Source: Eledone cirrhosa (lineage: Eukaryota). Taken from it: DNA of 64,000 nucleotides. Of this stretch, positions 11,361 through 25,387 are shown one piece after another. The notes under the pieces were generated by a model, which was not told where the DNA came from, searched no databases, and saw only the letters and a program-made list of their open reading frames with translations. The stretch's first letter is position 1, and every line of letters starts with the position of its first letter. The position numbers and the translations under genes were made by a program. The stretch spans positions 55,552,001 to 55,616,000 of the forward strand of contig OZ024747.1 of the NCBI GenBank assembly GCA_964016885.1. The letters run 5' to 3'.

Positions 11361-13288
11361 ATATGCTTGTCTGTCTATATGATTTGAAAGATAAGAAGTG
11401 TATCTACATTTATGTATCTTTAGATTTCTGAAAATTATTTGACTTCCAACAAGATCAGTTGAACATATTTGTTGACTATAAAGACTTCGTATATTTATAT
11501 TAGACTGATATTTACATGTAACTAAGTGGATTTATTGAAATGAAATAGTATTGCTGTCGAAAACAAACCGAATAGTTTTGAACATCTGTGCATACAGTAA
11601 ACCTTATCTTGGAAAGTTCAAAAGTGTTATCTCCCTTGATATTGTGATACGTATGTGTCTGTTTTGTTGTTGGTTTTCGGAGCTCGTGAAACATTTCAGG
11701 GCTTCTGATACGAATGAAGAAAGAAGGTATGTGCATCCTCAAACTGAGAGAGCTGGTCTGAATACAAATAACAGAGAAGATATACATAAATGCACCCAAC
11801 GTGATAGCGTTAAACAGGGTGAGATGTATATTTTAAATCACCCATTCTATAGATTTCTCTTCAAAATAAAAAAAGATTAGCATTGGACGAGCAAAAAGGC
11901 ATTGATCAGGCTTATTCCAAAAACAATTAGAAACACAAAATGTACCCAATTGCTTGATATAGCCCAGAGCATCACAAAAAAGAGCAGATTTAATATTCAA
12001 GACTCACTAAGGCTGAGAACGTCAGCATGAAATTGAATAAACAAACTTAACCGTTTCATAGACGTAATCTTAAATAAATGGCCTGTTTCAATTGTAAATA
12101 ATAATACATTTGGAAGGAATTTTCATTTTTAAATTGGTGTGATGGTGGGGATTTGCTGAGTCATTATAATTGTGAAGAAATACTTAGGAGTATTTGTTCT
12201 GACTTTTGAGTTCCAATCCGGCTAATGTCATCTTTGCCCTTCATCCTTCTATGGTTGACAATACAAATACAGGGGCAATATACAAGTACTTGGGGCAATA
12301 TACTTAATCTTTCTAGCTCCATAATTGATGTTTTTATGCCTAAATTAGGAATTTTTATTTAGTGTTTAAACATAATTAAACAATGATTCTAAAATTATAA
12401 CAAAACCTTTTTCGTTAAATATAAGCCCATTGAAACGAACAGTTTCTATCATAGATCAAACGGTGATTCCAGGTAGTTTGCCCTAAGGTTGGCTTGAAAA
12501 GGGTTTTAAATGACAAATATGAGGAAACAAGTAACTTTTCAATTCGTGTACTACTGAACTGGTAAAGAGGTTTTCCAAGATTGTTTAATGTAACCTCTAC
12601 ATATGTTGGTATATATATATATATATCCATATAAAAATTATGTTTTTATGCATTTAAATATTAAATACACTTGATGCCATAATTGATGGGCTTAAAGCAG
12701 ACGCTCAGACACACACGTATATACACAACCACATACACACACGCATATACACACACACATACATGTATGTATATATGTAACTGTGTGTGTATGTATGCAT
12801 GTATGTTCATATGTATGTATGTTACATATATGTGTATTTATGCATGTATGTAGGCATGTATAAGTAAGGAACGGAACAGCTTACTTTTATATTAAAAACA
12901 CGAACATATTTCAACTTTAACATTTCATACAGAAATTTCCATTATTCCTTAGCAGTCCTTTATACTTAGTATGGAGCAATATCATTTCTAAATCCATGTA
13001 ATTTGGTTCTAGATCTTCACAGCCACCTCTTCAGAATCAAAATGCTCATACTAGTGACATATTAAAGCATAAATCAGAAATAAAGAAATATAAACATTCA
13101 AACATGAGTCACAGTAGTTGTTACAATATAAATCACCATTACTATTTTTCTGCCGCAAATCATAATACCATGGGTTGGACGGATATTTACGAACCTGAGG
13201 CTAGACAGATCCGAAAGATCACATCGTGCTCAAACGTTTCTTGTATGTAAGTACATATATATATATATGTGTGTGTGCGTCTGCAAGC

Positions 13289-13550
13289 GAGGTCGCATGG
13301 CTTAGTTGTTAGAGCGTCGGACTTACTATCGCGAGGTTGTAAGTTCGCAATACATTTTATTTTCTGTTGTTCCGGTTTACTCAGCTGTCAGAATGAGTTG
13401 CACTAGCTTCAACACGGTGGTGGGAAGAGGGGGGACTGGTAACAGCTGGTCTTCTACAAATAACCTTGCCCGGATTTGTACCTCGGAGAGTAATTTTGTA
13501 AGTGCAAATCCTATGGTCGTTAAAGACCGAAGAAGGTCTTTACTCTTGCC
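13289..13550 (+). mobile_element. CORE-like SINE with a different 3' tail
   Basis: Head GCATGGCTTAGTTGTTAGAGCG...GTAAGTTCG and CORE remnant GTTCCGGTTTACTCAGCTGTCAGAATGAG. Confidence 0.55.
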
Positions 13551-14461
13551 ATATGTATATATATATATTTGTGTGTGTGTATGTGTTTCCACCCTTAAGC
13601 AATTATTCGTCATTTTGTAACACCGTTTTGTAGATGGTGAACGTTTCAGCTATAGTGGCCAACTGTAGCTTATGAAATAAGGATCTGCCTTATTTTTCCA
13701 TGAAGCCAATTTCAATCAGACTTTAGTCCATCCCATTTGGTACATATACTGTAGCTCTAATAATTATAAGTATGAAGCTAAATGTGTATTTTGGGTACTG
13801 GATCGGCAAGCCCCTTAACAATGGTCTGCATGTGGCCTTCTTTTTATTTTCCTCACTACATTGAGTAGACAGTTGACAATTTTGTATGTGGTCCCATAAA
13901 ACAACGTGTATGTATGCATTATGTATGTATGTTGTGTGTGTGTGTGTGGGGGGGGGGGGCGGATATGTATGTATGTAAGCAGATAGGTATGTATGTATTC
14001 ATGTTTATGAGTATGTGCATGTCTATGTGTATGTGCGTATGTATAGAAATAATCGGATTGGATACTCGATCGTGCGTTTAAACCACTGGGAGTGAAGGAA
14101 CCCTAGCCTTTGTCAGGGCATTCTTCTAGGAGAAGGCAACTCAGGAAACTGAGATAACTCCGGCATAAAACCTGCGGCTCAGTAGTTACCGATGATGTTG
14201 ATCTTTTCTTCTTTTGGGGTTATAGTTACTGTCGCTCAGAGAGTGGGATTGGCTCAGTACACAGTCTTTCCTCGCTTAAAAAAAACTCACAGGCATTGAA
14301 CGATAGCATTAATTGATAAGTATTAATAATGTCATATCGTGCAATGGCCATACTCGATAACGAGGGGGCAGCCATGATAATGTATGTAAGTATATATGTA
14401 TATATGTCTGTATGTATGTACGCGAGTATGTATGTATGTATGTATCTATCCATCTATCTAT

Positions 14462-15145
14462 CTAGGGCGGGTAAAATTCCCGAGATCCATGGACGAGTTC
14501 TCTCCAGCGGTCTCTGTCCCTCATTATCGCTGCCATGTCCTGCGTCTCCAACAGACTAGTGTCTGTCCTTAGGGCATCAACATACGTTAACCTTGGTCTT
14601 CCTCTTCCAGTGTGTCCATGCAGGGGCTCTCACAGGAGCACTGAGTGCAGTGTCAACTCTTGATGTCGGTGAGCATGTCTAGCTAACCTCAGTCTCCTCT
14701 GGGCTACTCTCGAGCTAACTTTTGGGAGGCTCCCATACAGCTCCGAGTTTTTCATCCTCAGTGTATACTGATTTATGTTCAGAGCCATCCTCAGCATTCT
14801 CGTATAGCACCCATCCACCATCTGAGTGAGTTTCTTGGTCAATGTCCAAGTCTCAGACACGTACAGCAGCACAGACTCCACTACAGCAATGAAGAGGCGG
14901 ATCTTCAGGTCTTTACGAAGGTCCGACTTCCACACCGATCTCAAACTGTGGCACGCCACCCAGGCTTTGTTCTTCCTCTTAACCACATCATCTTTCGTAT
15001 TCCCAATCTTTGCTCCCAAATACAGGAAGTCCTCAAATAATTCCAGCGGCTTCCCGCCTACTTTAGTAATCCCCTCTGGCTTCTCAACATTCTCTACCAG
15101 ACATTTTGTCTTAGTCTCATTCATTCTCAGCCCCACACTCATCGA
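14462..15145 (-). pseudogene. RTE-X/RTE LINE ORF2 C-terminal fragment (end of RT and thumb)
   Basis: GLRMNETKTK...EDFLYLG...KAW...KIRLFIAVVESVLLY.SETWTLT...DGCYTRMLRMALNI...RRLRLARH is the typical post-RT region. The copy is 5'-truncated. Confidence 0.85.
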
Positions 15146-15158
15146 CATGTATGTATGT

Positions 15159-15798
15159 TCTTCTGGTTTTATAATTTCACAAAGTTTTAGCAATAGAGAG
15201 AGAGTCGGTTTCTAACATAGACACAAAACTCTCTCATTGGAATTTACACAACATCAACTAGGTAGATATGTATGTATGAATGTGTAGATATGAATGTTAT
15301 TGTATGTGTGGATGTGGATGTTTTGAGTTGTATGTGTGCATGTGTATATGCTTTGTATCTGTACATGTGTATATGCAGTTATTAGATGCAACATTTTTGG
15401 AATGTTTTACATATATTTACTGTTCCATTAATGGATTGTACTTGCAATTTCCTAACTAGTTGTGTTGTTTCTGTTCCTGTGAAGCCTAGATTCTCAAGAT
15501 TTGTATTGAGGCAGTTACTAACATATCCCAGTGCCCCAATAATCACAGGCATAAATCTGAAGGTATAATCAGGGTGGAGTATCTGCAGATTTCTCATCAG
15601 TTCTGCATAAATATTCTCCTTTTCACTAATCTTTGATATTATATTGGCATCTGCTGGGCAGCTAATTTCCCCTACTGTGCATGTTTTATTCTCCCTGTCC
15701 CATATCATAATATCTGGTCTGTTATGCCTGCATTTTATTGGGGTTTTTACTGGAACATTCCACCAATACTCTTTCTTATTATGTACATGGATGTCTTC
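15159..15798 (-). mobile_element. R4/Dong-like RLE non-LTR retrotransposon 3' fragment inserted in (TATG)n
   Basis: WNVPVKTPIKCRHNRPDIMIWDRENKTCTVGEISCPAD...EKENIY..L...MPVIIGALG is a restriction-like endonuclease (RPD..E..P..K..Y..GALG). TATG repeats lie on both sides. Confidence 0.85.
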
Positions 15799-15839
15799 AT
15801 GTATGTATGTATGTATGTATGTATGTATGTATGTATGTA

Positions 15840-15890
<51 letters not shown>

Positions 15891-16050
15891 ATGTATGTAT
15901 GTATGTATGTATGTATGTATGTATGTATGTATGTATGTGTAAGGATGTCTTTATATCGGAGTGAAAGAGTGTTGTTTTATTTGCCTAAATATGAAGAAGT
16001 GTATAAGAAGGTCAAGTATGTCAAGAGATGTCAATTTTGACAATATTAAC

Positions 16051-16244
16051 AATAATTGTTTCTACATTTTGGCACAAGGCCAACAATTATCCCAGTCAAT
16101 TACTGGCACTTTATTTTATCGACCCTATAAGGATGAAAGGCAAAGTTAATCTCGGCGGGATTTGAACTCAGAATGGCAAGGGCCGTAACTCTATGCGTCA
16201 AAGCATGGTGTCCGACCCTCTTCCGATACTGCCAAACCACCGCC
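16051..16244 (-). mobile_element. SINE family A flanked by a ~275-bp direct duplication
   Basis: Full head, core and tail. Flanks 15094-16056 and 16244-16518 are duplicates apart from the RLE insertion. Confidence 0.9.
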
Positions 16245-16991
16245 TACCAGACTATTTATCTTAGTCTCATTCAATCTCAGCCCCACACTCATCGACATGT
16301 ATGTATGTATGTATGTATGTATGTATGTATGTATGTATGTATGTATGTATGTATGTATGTATGTATGTATGTGTGTATGTATGTATGTATGTGTAAGGAT
16401 GTCTTTATATCGGAGTGAAAAAGTGTTGTTTTGTTTGCCTAAATATGAAGAAGTGTATAAGAAGGTCAAGTACTCAAGTACGTCAAGAGATGTCAATTTT
16501 GACAATATTAACAATAATGTTGACAAAGACATGACAACTGCAATGATGGTGACGACATTGATGATAACCAAGAGGGATATCATGATAAGATGATGATAAA
16601 GTGAATATGGTGATGATAAGCATGGTAATGGTGATGAAGTCGATGGCCATTGTGATGATAACGAAACTAAAAGTCAATTGAAAGATAAACTGTAATGAAG
16701 GAAACGAAAGTAGAGTTATCTAATCAAGTGCAAATTAAAATAATATCATGAAATATAGATTTCATATCTTCACTTAAACACAAAAGATAAAAAGTATGAT
16801 GAAGTGCTTTTATCATCTCATTCTTTATTGTTTTGTAGTTTTATTTCTTCAATCTACCAAGTGTTTTTGTATGAAGTGAAATATATTTAACTTGATTGCT
16901 AACAAGATATATAGATAGAAATGGTTTTGATGAATAAGTGGTGTGAAGTGATGGTGGAGAGAAGTGACAGAAAAAACTTATTAAATATAAT

Positions 16992-17026
<35 letters not shown>

Positions 17027-17659
17027 ACGTGTGTACGTGTGTACATATTTATATGATATATGCATACATATACATACACATCAAACATACACACGCGCAC
17101 ACACACACACGCCACACGCGCACACACACACAAATATATATATGTATATATATGTATATATATTATTGTGTAGACATTATACTCACATAAAACTAGATAA
17201 ATGGGTAAAACATAAATATTATGTTGAATTACCCACACATAAGTATAAAAAAGATGATGGAAGAAACAACACCATTAACACCAACACCAACACCAACAAA
17301 GTTTACTGTAAAATAAAACAGTTAATCATTTTGATAATCGAGGTATCTTACAGTTGTTAGGGGTGATAATGAATTGTTAGCCATGAAAAATATAAACTCA
17401 GGAACTATTAAAATCAACAAATAATATAACGTGATAAAAATGCTATGACATGGCTATTATATATATTATATATGTATATATTATAAAATAAATGTTATAA
17501 CTGTCTTGGCAATAATAACACAATCACAGACAACAAAGAACAAACAAATATATATATTAAAGATTCCCTGTGTATATGTGTGTGCATGAGACAAATTTGT
17601 TTGTGTGTGTCTGTGACAGCTTATGACTATGTCTACATATATGTATGTGTATCGATACT

Positions 17660-17725
<66 letters not shown>

Positions 17726-17766
17726 TGTACGCATGTTTGCCTATAAGAATTTATATACATGTTTTG

Positions 17767-17886
<120 letters not shown>

Positions 17887-17931
17887 TTCACACAAGTAAA
17901 TATATATGTGTGTATATATATATATATATGT

Positions 17932-17990
<59 letters not shown>

Positions 17991-18144
17991 CATACATATA
18001 TATATATATTTATGAAATTGTTTTACTTTTGGCACATCACCTTTGTAATCTAATTCTAAATAGTATTTCAGTAAAATTACCTTTTTAAATGTAATATATT
18101 TTTAAATTTATTATAAAATGTATGTATGTGGGTATCTATGTATG

Positions 18145-18243
<99 letters not shown>

Positions 18244-18599
18244 ATGTAGTGCGTATTACAACGACATTTATACAGAACTTTCTCTATAATTAAGTTAACA
18301 TTTCTTTGTCTAAATGTAATAATACGGAACAGAACATATAATGGAACACAATACCAAATAACATCGAATGATATGAAATAATAACAGAAATAAAATAAAG
18401 CCAAGAAAAGAGAATAAGTATGAAAGTTAAGGAAATTTGAAATAATAATGAAATATATAATAAAACGCATTTATGAAATATCTGAAGACTGAAGACAACA
18501 GTAACGAGATTAATAAATGAATACTATTAATATTAACATAACATATATTTATATGTTTGTATGTACATGTGTGAGGGCGTTTGTGACACATCATTAAAT

Positions 18600-18751
<152 letters not shown>

Positions 18752-18752
18752 A

Positions 18753-18795
<43 letters not shown>

Positions 18796-18846
18796 CATAT
18801 ATATTTATATGCATATATATAAATTGATATACATGTATATATATAC

Positions 18847-18879
<33 letters not shown>

Positions 18880-19282
18880 CTCACATATATACACGCACAC
18901 ACATATATATATATATATACCAGGAAATAATGAGAGAATGGTAGGGTGAGAGATGTTTACCACTATGGCGATATAGTAACATCTACAAACAACAATAACA
19001 ACAATAATAATTACATAAGCATCTTTTCATTCTGTATAATGAACAATGAGGAATTATTATTTTTTTTCAATAAATAACGACAACAAACACCACATCACAC
19101 CACACCACACAACACGGCCACGCACTACCGCCACCTCCAACAACAACAACAACAACAACAAAAATACCAACACTATCTCCAACACTAACTCCAATGTTAA
19201 CCATAAAATATAACAAAAATATCCGTGATGATTAATACAATAATAACAACAATTGGCAAAAAATCGACAAACAATTCTCATC

Positions 19283-19455
<173 letters not shown>

Positions 19456-19988
19456 TTTGTTACTATTTTTATTATTGTTGTTATTATTAGTACTATTATT
19501 ATAAAATCAATAAAAACAATGAAAATAATATATTAATAATGATGATGATGACAATAATAATAATGTTTTATCTCTTTCTGTAATTTAATAGAAATATTGT
19601 AATCGTTAAAATATCCGCTACTGAAGCTGAGAAAACTGTATTTGCCATAAACGGAATTCTGTCTGCCATTAAAACAAGGTAATAAACACTAAAATGGTAA
19701 ATTTGGATACAAGAATATTTCATTGCAAAAATGCATTTTATTTTTATTGCTTGTTTTATTTTGGTTTGTGTTTTGTTGTAGTTTTTTATGGTTTTGTTGT
19801 AGCATACATGGGTGAAAATGTGTGAAAATGTGTGGATATGTGTATATATGTGTATATATATGAATATGTGTGTGTAATTGTGTACTATGTGAGATTTTTT
19901 TCTGGTCGTGTGTTTTATACATATTTTTCTCTTTCTTTCTCTCTATACTCACACACACACACACACACACACCCACATACATACATAT

Positions 19989-20127
<139 letters not shown>

Positions 20128-20254
20128 TATAAATTTCTGTGTAAGGGCGAGGAATCTGGGGCATTGGGTGGACTGTATGTATGTAACTTAGGTTTTGTGT
20201 TTTATACAAAAATGTTGAATATACTTGTAGTGTGTTTATGTTTGTGTATATATA

Positions 20255-20411
20255 CCCGCCCGTCCCTTCAATCTCTCTTATTTCTCATTTTTTCTTCCGA
20301 TGAAGGACTCGCGTCCGAAACGGTAAGACCCTCTTCCTGCTATTTGAAGTGTTAACCTGATATAATCCTTCCATTTACTGTACCGATTGTCCTGTTATTT
20401 CTGTTTACCTT

Positions 20412-20415
<4 letters not shown>
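20255..20415 (+). mobile_element. Penelope/retrozyme-like element with minimal hammerhead (family H1)
   Basis: TCTT CCGATGA A GGAC TCGC GTCC GAAA CGGT AAGA at 20293-20328. Homologous to 5761-5910 and followed by (TA)n. Confidence 0.65.
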
Positions 20416-20503
<88 letters not shown>

Positions 20504-20740
20504 GCGGTGTCTGTGTAGACATATAATATTTGAGGAAAGGACTCAATACTAGCAGATAGTGACGTAGCACACAATATATAACCTTTTTATTCTGAGTGGA
20601 AGTTACATTACTGACAAAAGTGTCATATTGTCTAACTTCAGAGTAATAGCATACTAAAATAAAACTCTGAAGATTTAGAACTTTTAGAAATGTATGTAGA
20701 AGTGCCAGAGTCTCAAATATTTGCAGATCGAAGGCTGTAA

Positions 20741-21402
20741 ATCTATATATATAAAGCTGTGGTTGTCTGTCTGTCTATCGATTTTTGGCACACATCTCCT
20801 CTTAGAATCTCTGACGGAATTGCACCGAAATTGCTATACTTGTACATTGAGCCCTAGCGAAGACATCGGAAAAAAATATTTCAAATTGACCCACCCTATG
20901 TGACGAAATCGAATCTAATGTATCGATTTTTGAGCGTAAGTGACGAGTTATTTCCCTTTGTTCTGTTTACATTGAGCGTCTTACGTTCTGTTTACATTTT
21001 CTGCGTGCAAAAATTAAAAGAATTACGCTGACTTTCTCAGCGTTTAAAATGACATTAACACAATACACGAACAGTTGTCGAGCCAGCAAAATTTTGACCT
21101 GCAAAATTCATCAGTTCGAACACTAAGCTTCCGTTTTGCTTCATTTCCATTTAAAAGCCTTTTAAAACAATATTTTTACTTGAAAATAAGTCTATTTAAA
21201 GACTACGTAAAACAAGCAAATATTTCGTAAAAAAAAAGCAAAAATTATATAAGTTTATTTAAAATATATGTATCTGTAAATTTCGTTAGGCGTGCAGACA
21301 GACAGTCGTGCAGACAGACTTTAAGCCAAAAAAGAAACTTAACATTGTAACTTTAACACAGCTACTGAGCGACCCCGAGCAACGCCGGGCTTTACTGCTA
21401 GT
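20741..21402 (-). mobile_element. Helentron-associated non-autonomous element (HINE/DINE-like)
   Basis: The minus strand starts ACTAGCAGTAAAGCCCGGCGTTGCTCGGG and ends ACAGACAGACAAC..CTTTATATATATAGAT. It is flanked by T-runs on the element strand. Confidence 0.7.
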
Positions 21403-21530
21403 AATTTATAAAATGAGAAAGATTTTATTGAAAAAGCACGTTAATATTATAAAGAAAACGTACTGGAAGCTGCTAATTATTGTTGGACCTCATCTTAGTT
21501 GTTTGATCAATGGAATACTCTTCCCGGGAA

Positions 21531-21720
21531 ATTAATTGTTTCTACTTTTGGCACAAGGCCAGCAATTAACCCAGTGTATTTCTGGTACTTTATTGTATCG
21601 ATCCCGTAAGGATGAAAGGCTAAGTTAACCTCGACGGTATTTGAACTCAGACCATAAAGGGCCGTAACTCTTTGTTGCAAATCATGGCGTCCGACCCTCT
21701 ACCGATACTGCCAATCCACT
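21531..21720 (-). mobile_element. SINE family A
   Basis: Full-length match to the family consensus. Confidence 0.9.
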
Positions 21721-22151
21721 TCTCATGAAATTAATTAGACTAAATTTGTTTCAATGCTGAACATATGAATCACAGTTGCCATTACTTTTTTCAAATTAAA
21801 TGGACTGGAAAAATATAAAATAAAGTATATTGCCCAACAACTCAATGCATCACAGTAAGCCAAACACCCTCACCACTAAGCCACAAGCTTTCACTACCAA
21901 ACATTATGTACCCGATAATTGAATATCAATTAATATATTAATACATTTTAATAAATCATCAAATTCTAGTGTCATTGCCATTGTTGCGGAAATGTATTAT
22001 TCAAAGTATATACAGCATGAGACAATTTTCGTATAGTCATTGGTGTAGATTTCCATTACTTGTAACATCCGTCTTACTATGAATCTAAAGGAAAAACTAT
22101 GATTTTAGTAACTTTGTTTAAATTTACCTTTCTCTGCGCTTACATAGTATA

Positions 22152-22252
22152 GGTTAACTTTGCCTTACATCCTTACGGGGTCGATAAAATAAAGTACCAG
22201 TAATGTACTGGGTATTTTCTGGCCTTGTGCCAATAGTAGAAACAATTATTAT
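22152..22252 (+). mobile_element. SINE family A, 5'-truncated
   Basis: Core and tail only, ending GTAGAAACAATTATTATT. Confidence 0.8.
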
Positions 22253-22388
22253 TTGGTTATTATTGAATCTGTTTTAAATCTAAATATATTTATGAAGTCC
22301 CTGTAATTAGCGCTCAGTCTTATTGTCAGGAAAATTACAGAATAATCAAATAATAGTCAGGAAAATAGTTTAATTCAAATAAATCAAC

Positions 22389-22526
<138 letters not shown>

Positions 22527-22576
22527 ATGTTTGTGTGTATAAGTGTGTGTATGTCTCATTGTAAATATATATATAT

Positions 22577-22830
22577 ATTATTAGAAATGTAAGTTATCGC
22601 CGTATTTTGACTAAAGAAATTAAAGAAATTATTTAGCCTGATAGTGGGGTTAAGAACCCTCGGAGAAATGGAAAAAGATGGGTATTGACGTACTCATCTT
22701 TTTCCATTTCTCCGAGGGTTCTTAACCCCACTATCAGGCTAAATAATTTCTTTAATTTCTTTAGTCAAAATACGGCGATAACTTACATTTATAATAATTT
22801 CAAACCCACTCGCTGTTTCGAAAATATTCT
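22577..22830. mobile_element. palindromic element P (about 108-bp arms, 6-nt spacer) between (TA)n tracts
   Basis: 22577-22684 is the reverse complement of 22691-22798 with about two mismatches. The right arm extends into TTTCAAACCCACTCGCTGTTTCG. Confidence 0.85.
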
Positions 22831-22888
<58 letters not shown>

Positions 22889-22890
<2 letters not shown>

Positions 22891-23125
22891 AAAGTTATAT
22901 TTAAATTGTTGGGTTACAACTAGTAAATATTTATAACTGATATAAAAGCACTCAACAAGTATTTGGAGTATATTTACGATATTAAATAAATGGAAACTAT
23001 ATTTATAAAACCATATTTATTTCATTATATATATTTCAGGGATATCATATTAACAATATGTTATGCCTTCCTCAGACAAAATACAATATAGACAGTTTTA
23101 TAGATAAATAGATTTGACATACCGT
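22889..23125 (-). mobile_element. Penelope/retrozyme-like element (family H2)
   Basis: Diverged reverse-complement homologue of 42770-43002. It begins immediately after (TA)n. Confidence 0.7.
23018..23083 (-). ncRNA. type I hammerhead ribozyme motif, intact core
   Basis: TATTTTGT CTGAGGA AGGCATAACATATT GTT AATATGATATCCCT GAAA TATATA TA ATGAAATA. Stem I is 8 bp (two G-U), stem II is long, stem III is palindromic, cleavage site AUA. Confidence 0.75.
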
Positions 23126-24261
23126 TCAACATCGACTTGTATTTGAAAAAGTTGATTTGGCAGTGAAAAATTGTAAACAGAAAGAAAGAAAGAGAGAAAG
23201 AAGGAAAAAAGAAAGAAAACGAAGAAAAAGAAGAAAAAGAAGAAATGTATGCAACAAAATAGAGAGATGGAAAGATAAATAAAGAGAAGAACTTCATGTA
23301 AAGAAACAGAGATATATATATATATAGAGAGGAAATAGATAGAGATAGACATATATAGAGAAAAGTAGGTAGTTGGACATCCGTTGAATGAATGTATCAA
23401 TGATACATTTATTTATTTATTTATTTATTTAGCTCTAGTATTAATGTAAGGGAGATATATGTGGTTAGGAAAGAAACCAGCCGTTATATAGAGAGAAAAA
23501 TGAAAGTAACCAGACATAGGCGAGGCAAAATTTAAACCCTATGTTTTAATGTAGAAATATTAGTTCGTATAAAAACCAGGCACTATAATGTAAATATCAG
23601 TATTCCTGAATGAGACACGTATCCATAATGTGTGAAAAGTAATGATCTTATGTCTAGTTTTAAAAATTCATATGTTTATATGATAACTACAAACATCGAT
23701 GTGAATTTACGTGATCAACTCTGCAAACCCCTATTTCACACGGAGAACATTCTCATTGTGCTATAAAAATTTAAGTATACATATATGTGTATATATACAC
23801 ATATATATATAGAGTCTATATTAATTTTAACAATGCTATTCTTGTCTTTACTCTACATGATTATCTATAAAGCAGAAATAGAGAACAGATTTCAATATAT
23901 TAATAAAAAATATCAGAAACAAAAACAAAAAATAATAATAATAATAATAATAAAAAAATAATAATAATAATAATAATAAACAAATAAATAAAATAGAAAA
24001 CTAAAAAATATTACATATTAAAAATATTACATATTAAAAATAAAAATATTAAAAATATTAAAATATTAAAAAATATATATTAAAAAATATTAAAATAATA
24101 AAAATAAAAACATAATAGAAACATAATATGCCACGCAAATCGACCACAAAGATCAACCCTTCAAAATTAATTGACAATATATTGCCAAGTTCATTATAAG
24201 CATCAGAGTCGAAAACAGATAAAGCTAAAAATTATTTACCAAATCGCGTCTAGCAGAAATC

Positions 24262-24352
<91 letters not shown>

Positions 24353-24488
24353 AGAAAGTGAGGGTTTTTTTACAAAATGAAAAGTAACCGAGGTGTCCTA
24401 CACGAGTGACAGTATAAAGAAAAAAAGATGAAATCGAAAATGCAACTGGAGTCTTATTTTAAAAAATATATATATATTTATTTGGTTC

Positions 24489-24524
24489 CTTTACCGGTTT
24501 CGCAGTTCTTCTGCTTTTCAAAAG
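24489..24524 (-). ncRNA. minimal hammerhead motif, U3-A8 core variant
   Basis: CTT TTGAAAA GCAG AAGAA CTGC GAAA CCGG TA AAG. Stem I is 3 bp, stem II 4 bp, stem III the palindrome ACCGGT, cleavage site GUA. Confidence 0.55.
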
Positions 24525-24599
24525 TATAGTTGAGATGTCGGGTCTGTGGGTTTTCTCACATCTGGTTGGTCTTTGAATGTTACTTGTTTTATATGGAAA

Positions 24600-25104
24600 A
24601 AAGTGGCTCGAAACACCAGAGAAGTAATTTAATTGGTTGGTCAATAAGTATAATAAATTTCGCGCCAGTTCGCATTACAAAGTTCTTCAAACGGAGGGGG
24701 GTGGGCTCAGGTTGTTTTTTTCATATATGAGTGTTTGAATTTTTTTTTACTTAAAAAAAATGGGCTCACGAAGGCTTTTTTTTAATAAATGTAATTTAAT
24801 TGGTTATTAATGAAATTTGATTAGTCACGTGAACAAGTTCATTAAATTTCGTGCCCGTATTCGGGAATTTATTTTGTAGCCTTTTAGAGAATGTTATGAC
24901 AAACAAAAGAGAAATGGGATGGGAGAATTGTTCTGGTTCAGTGAATATAGGAGGTTGTGTTTTCATATATGAGTTAAGTTTGGTTGGTTGATGTAGTCAC
25001 GTGAATAAGCATATCAGCTTTCGCATAAGTTTGTTTGAATTTCTATTTACTTTAAAAAAAGTGGCTCACGAAGGCTTTTTTAAAATAAATATAATTTGAT
25101 TGGT

Positions 25105-25110
<6 letters not shown>
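24600..25110. repeat. element with dispersed internal direct repeats
   Basis: An approximately 63-bp block (TTACTT..AAAAA..GGCTCACGAAGGCTTTTT..AATAAAT.TAATTT.ATTGGTTAT) occurs at 24747-24810 and 25047-25110. TAGTCACGTGAA occurs twice. Confidence 0.7.
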
Positions 25111-25172
<62 letters not shown>

Positions 25173-25317
25173 TTATAACAAAATACAAAAACAATAACGA
25201 AGAGTGCTGTAAAAGTATATATATATTTATATACTTACATATAAACACACATGCAATATATACCCACAGACATATATATATACATGTGTCCAGCATATGT
25301 ATATATATATATATAAA

Positions 25318-25387
<70 letters not shown>

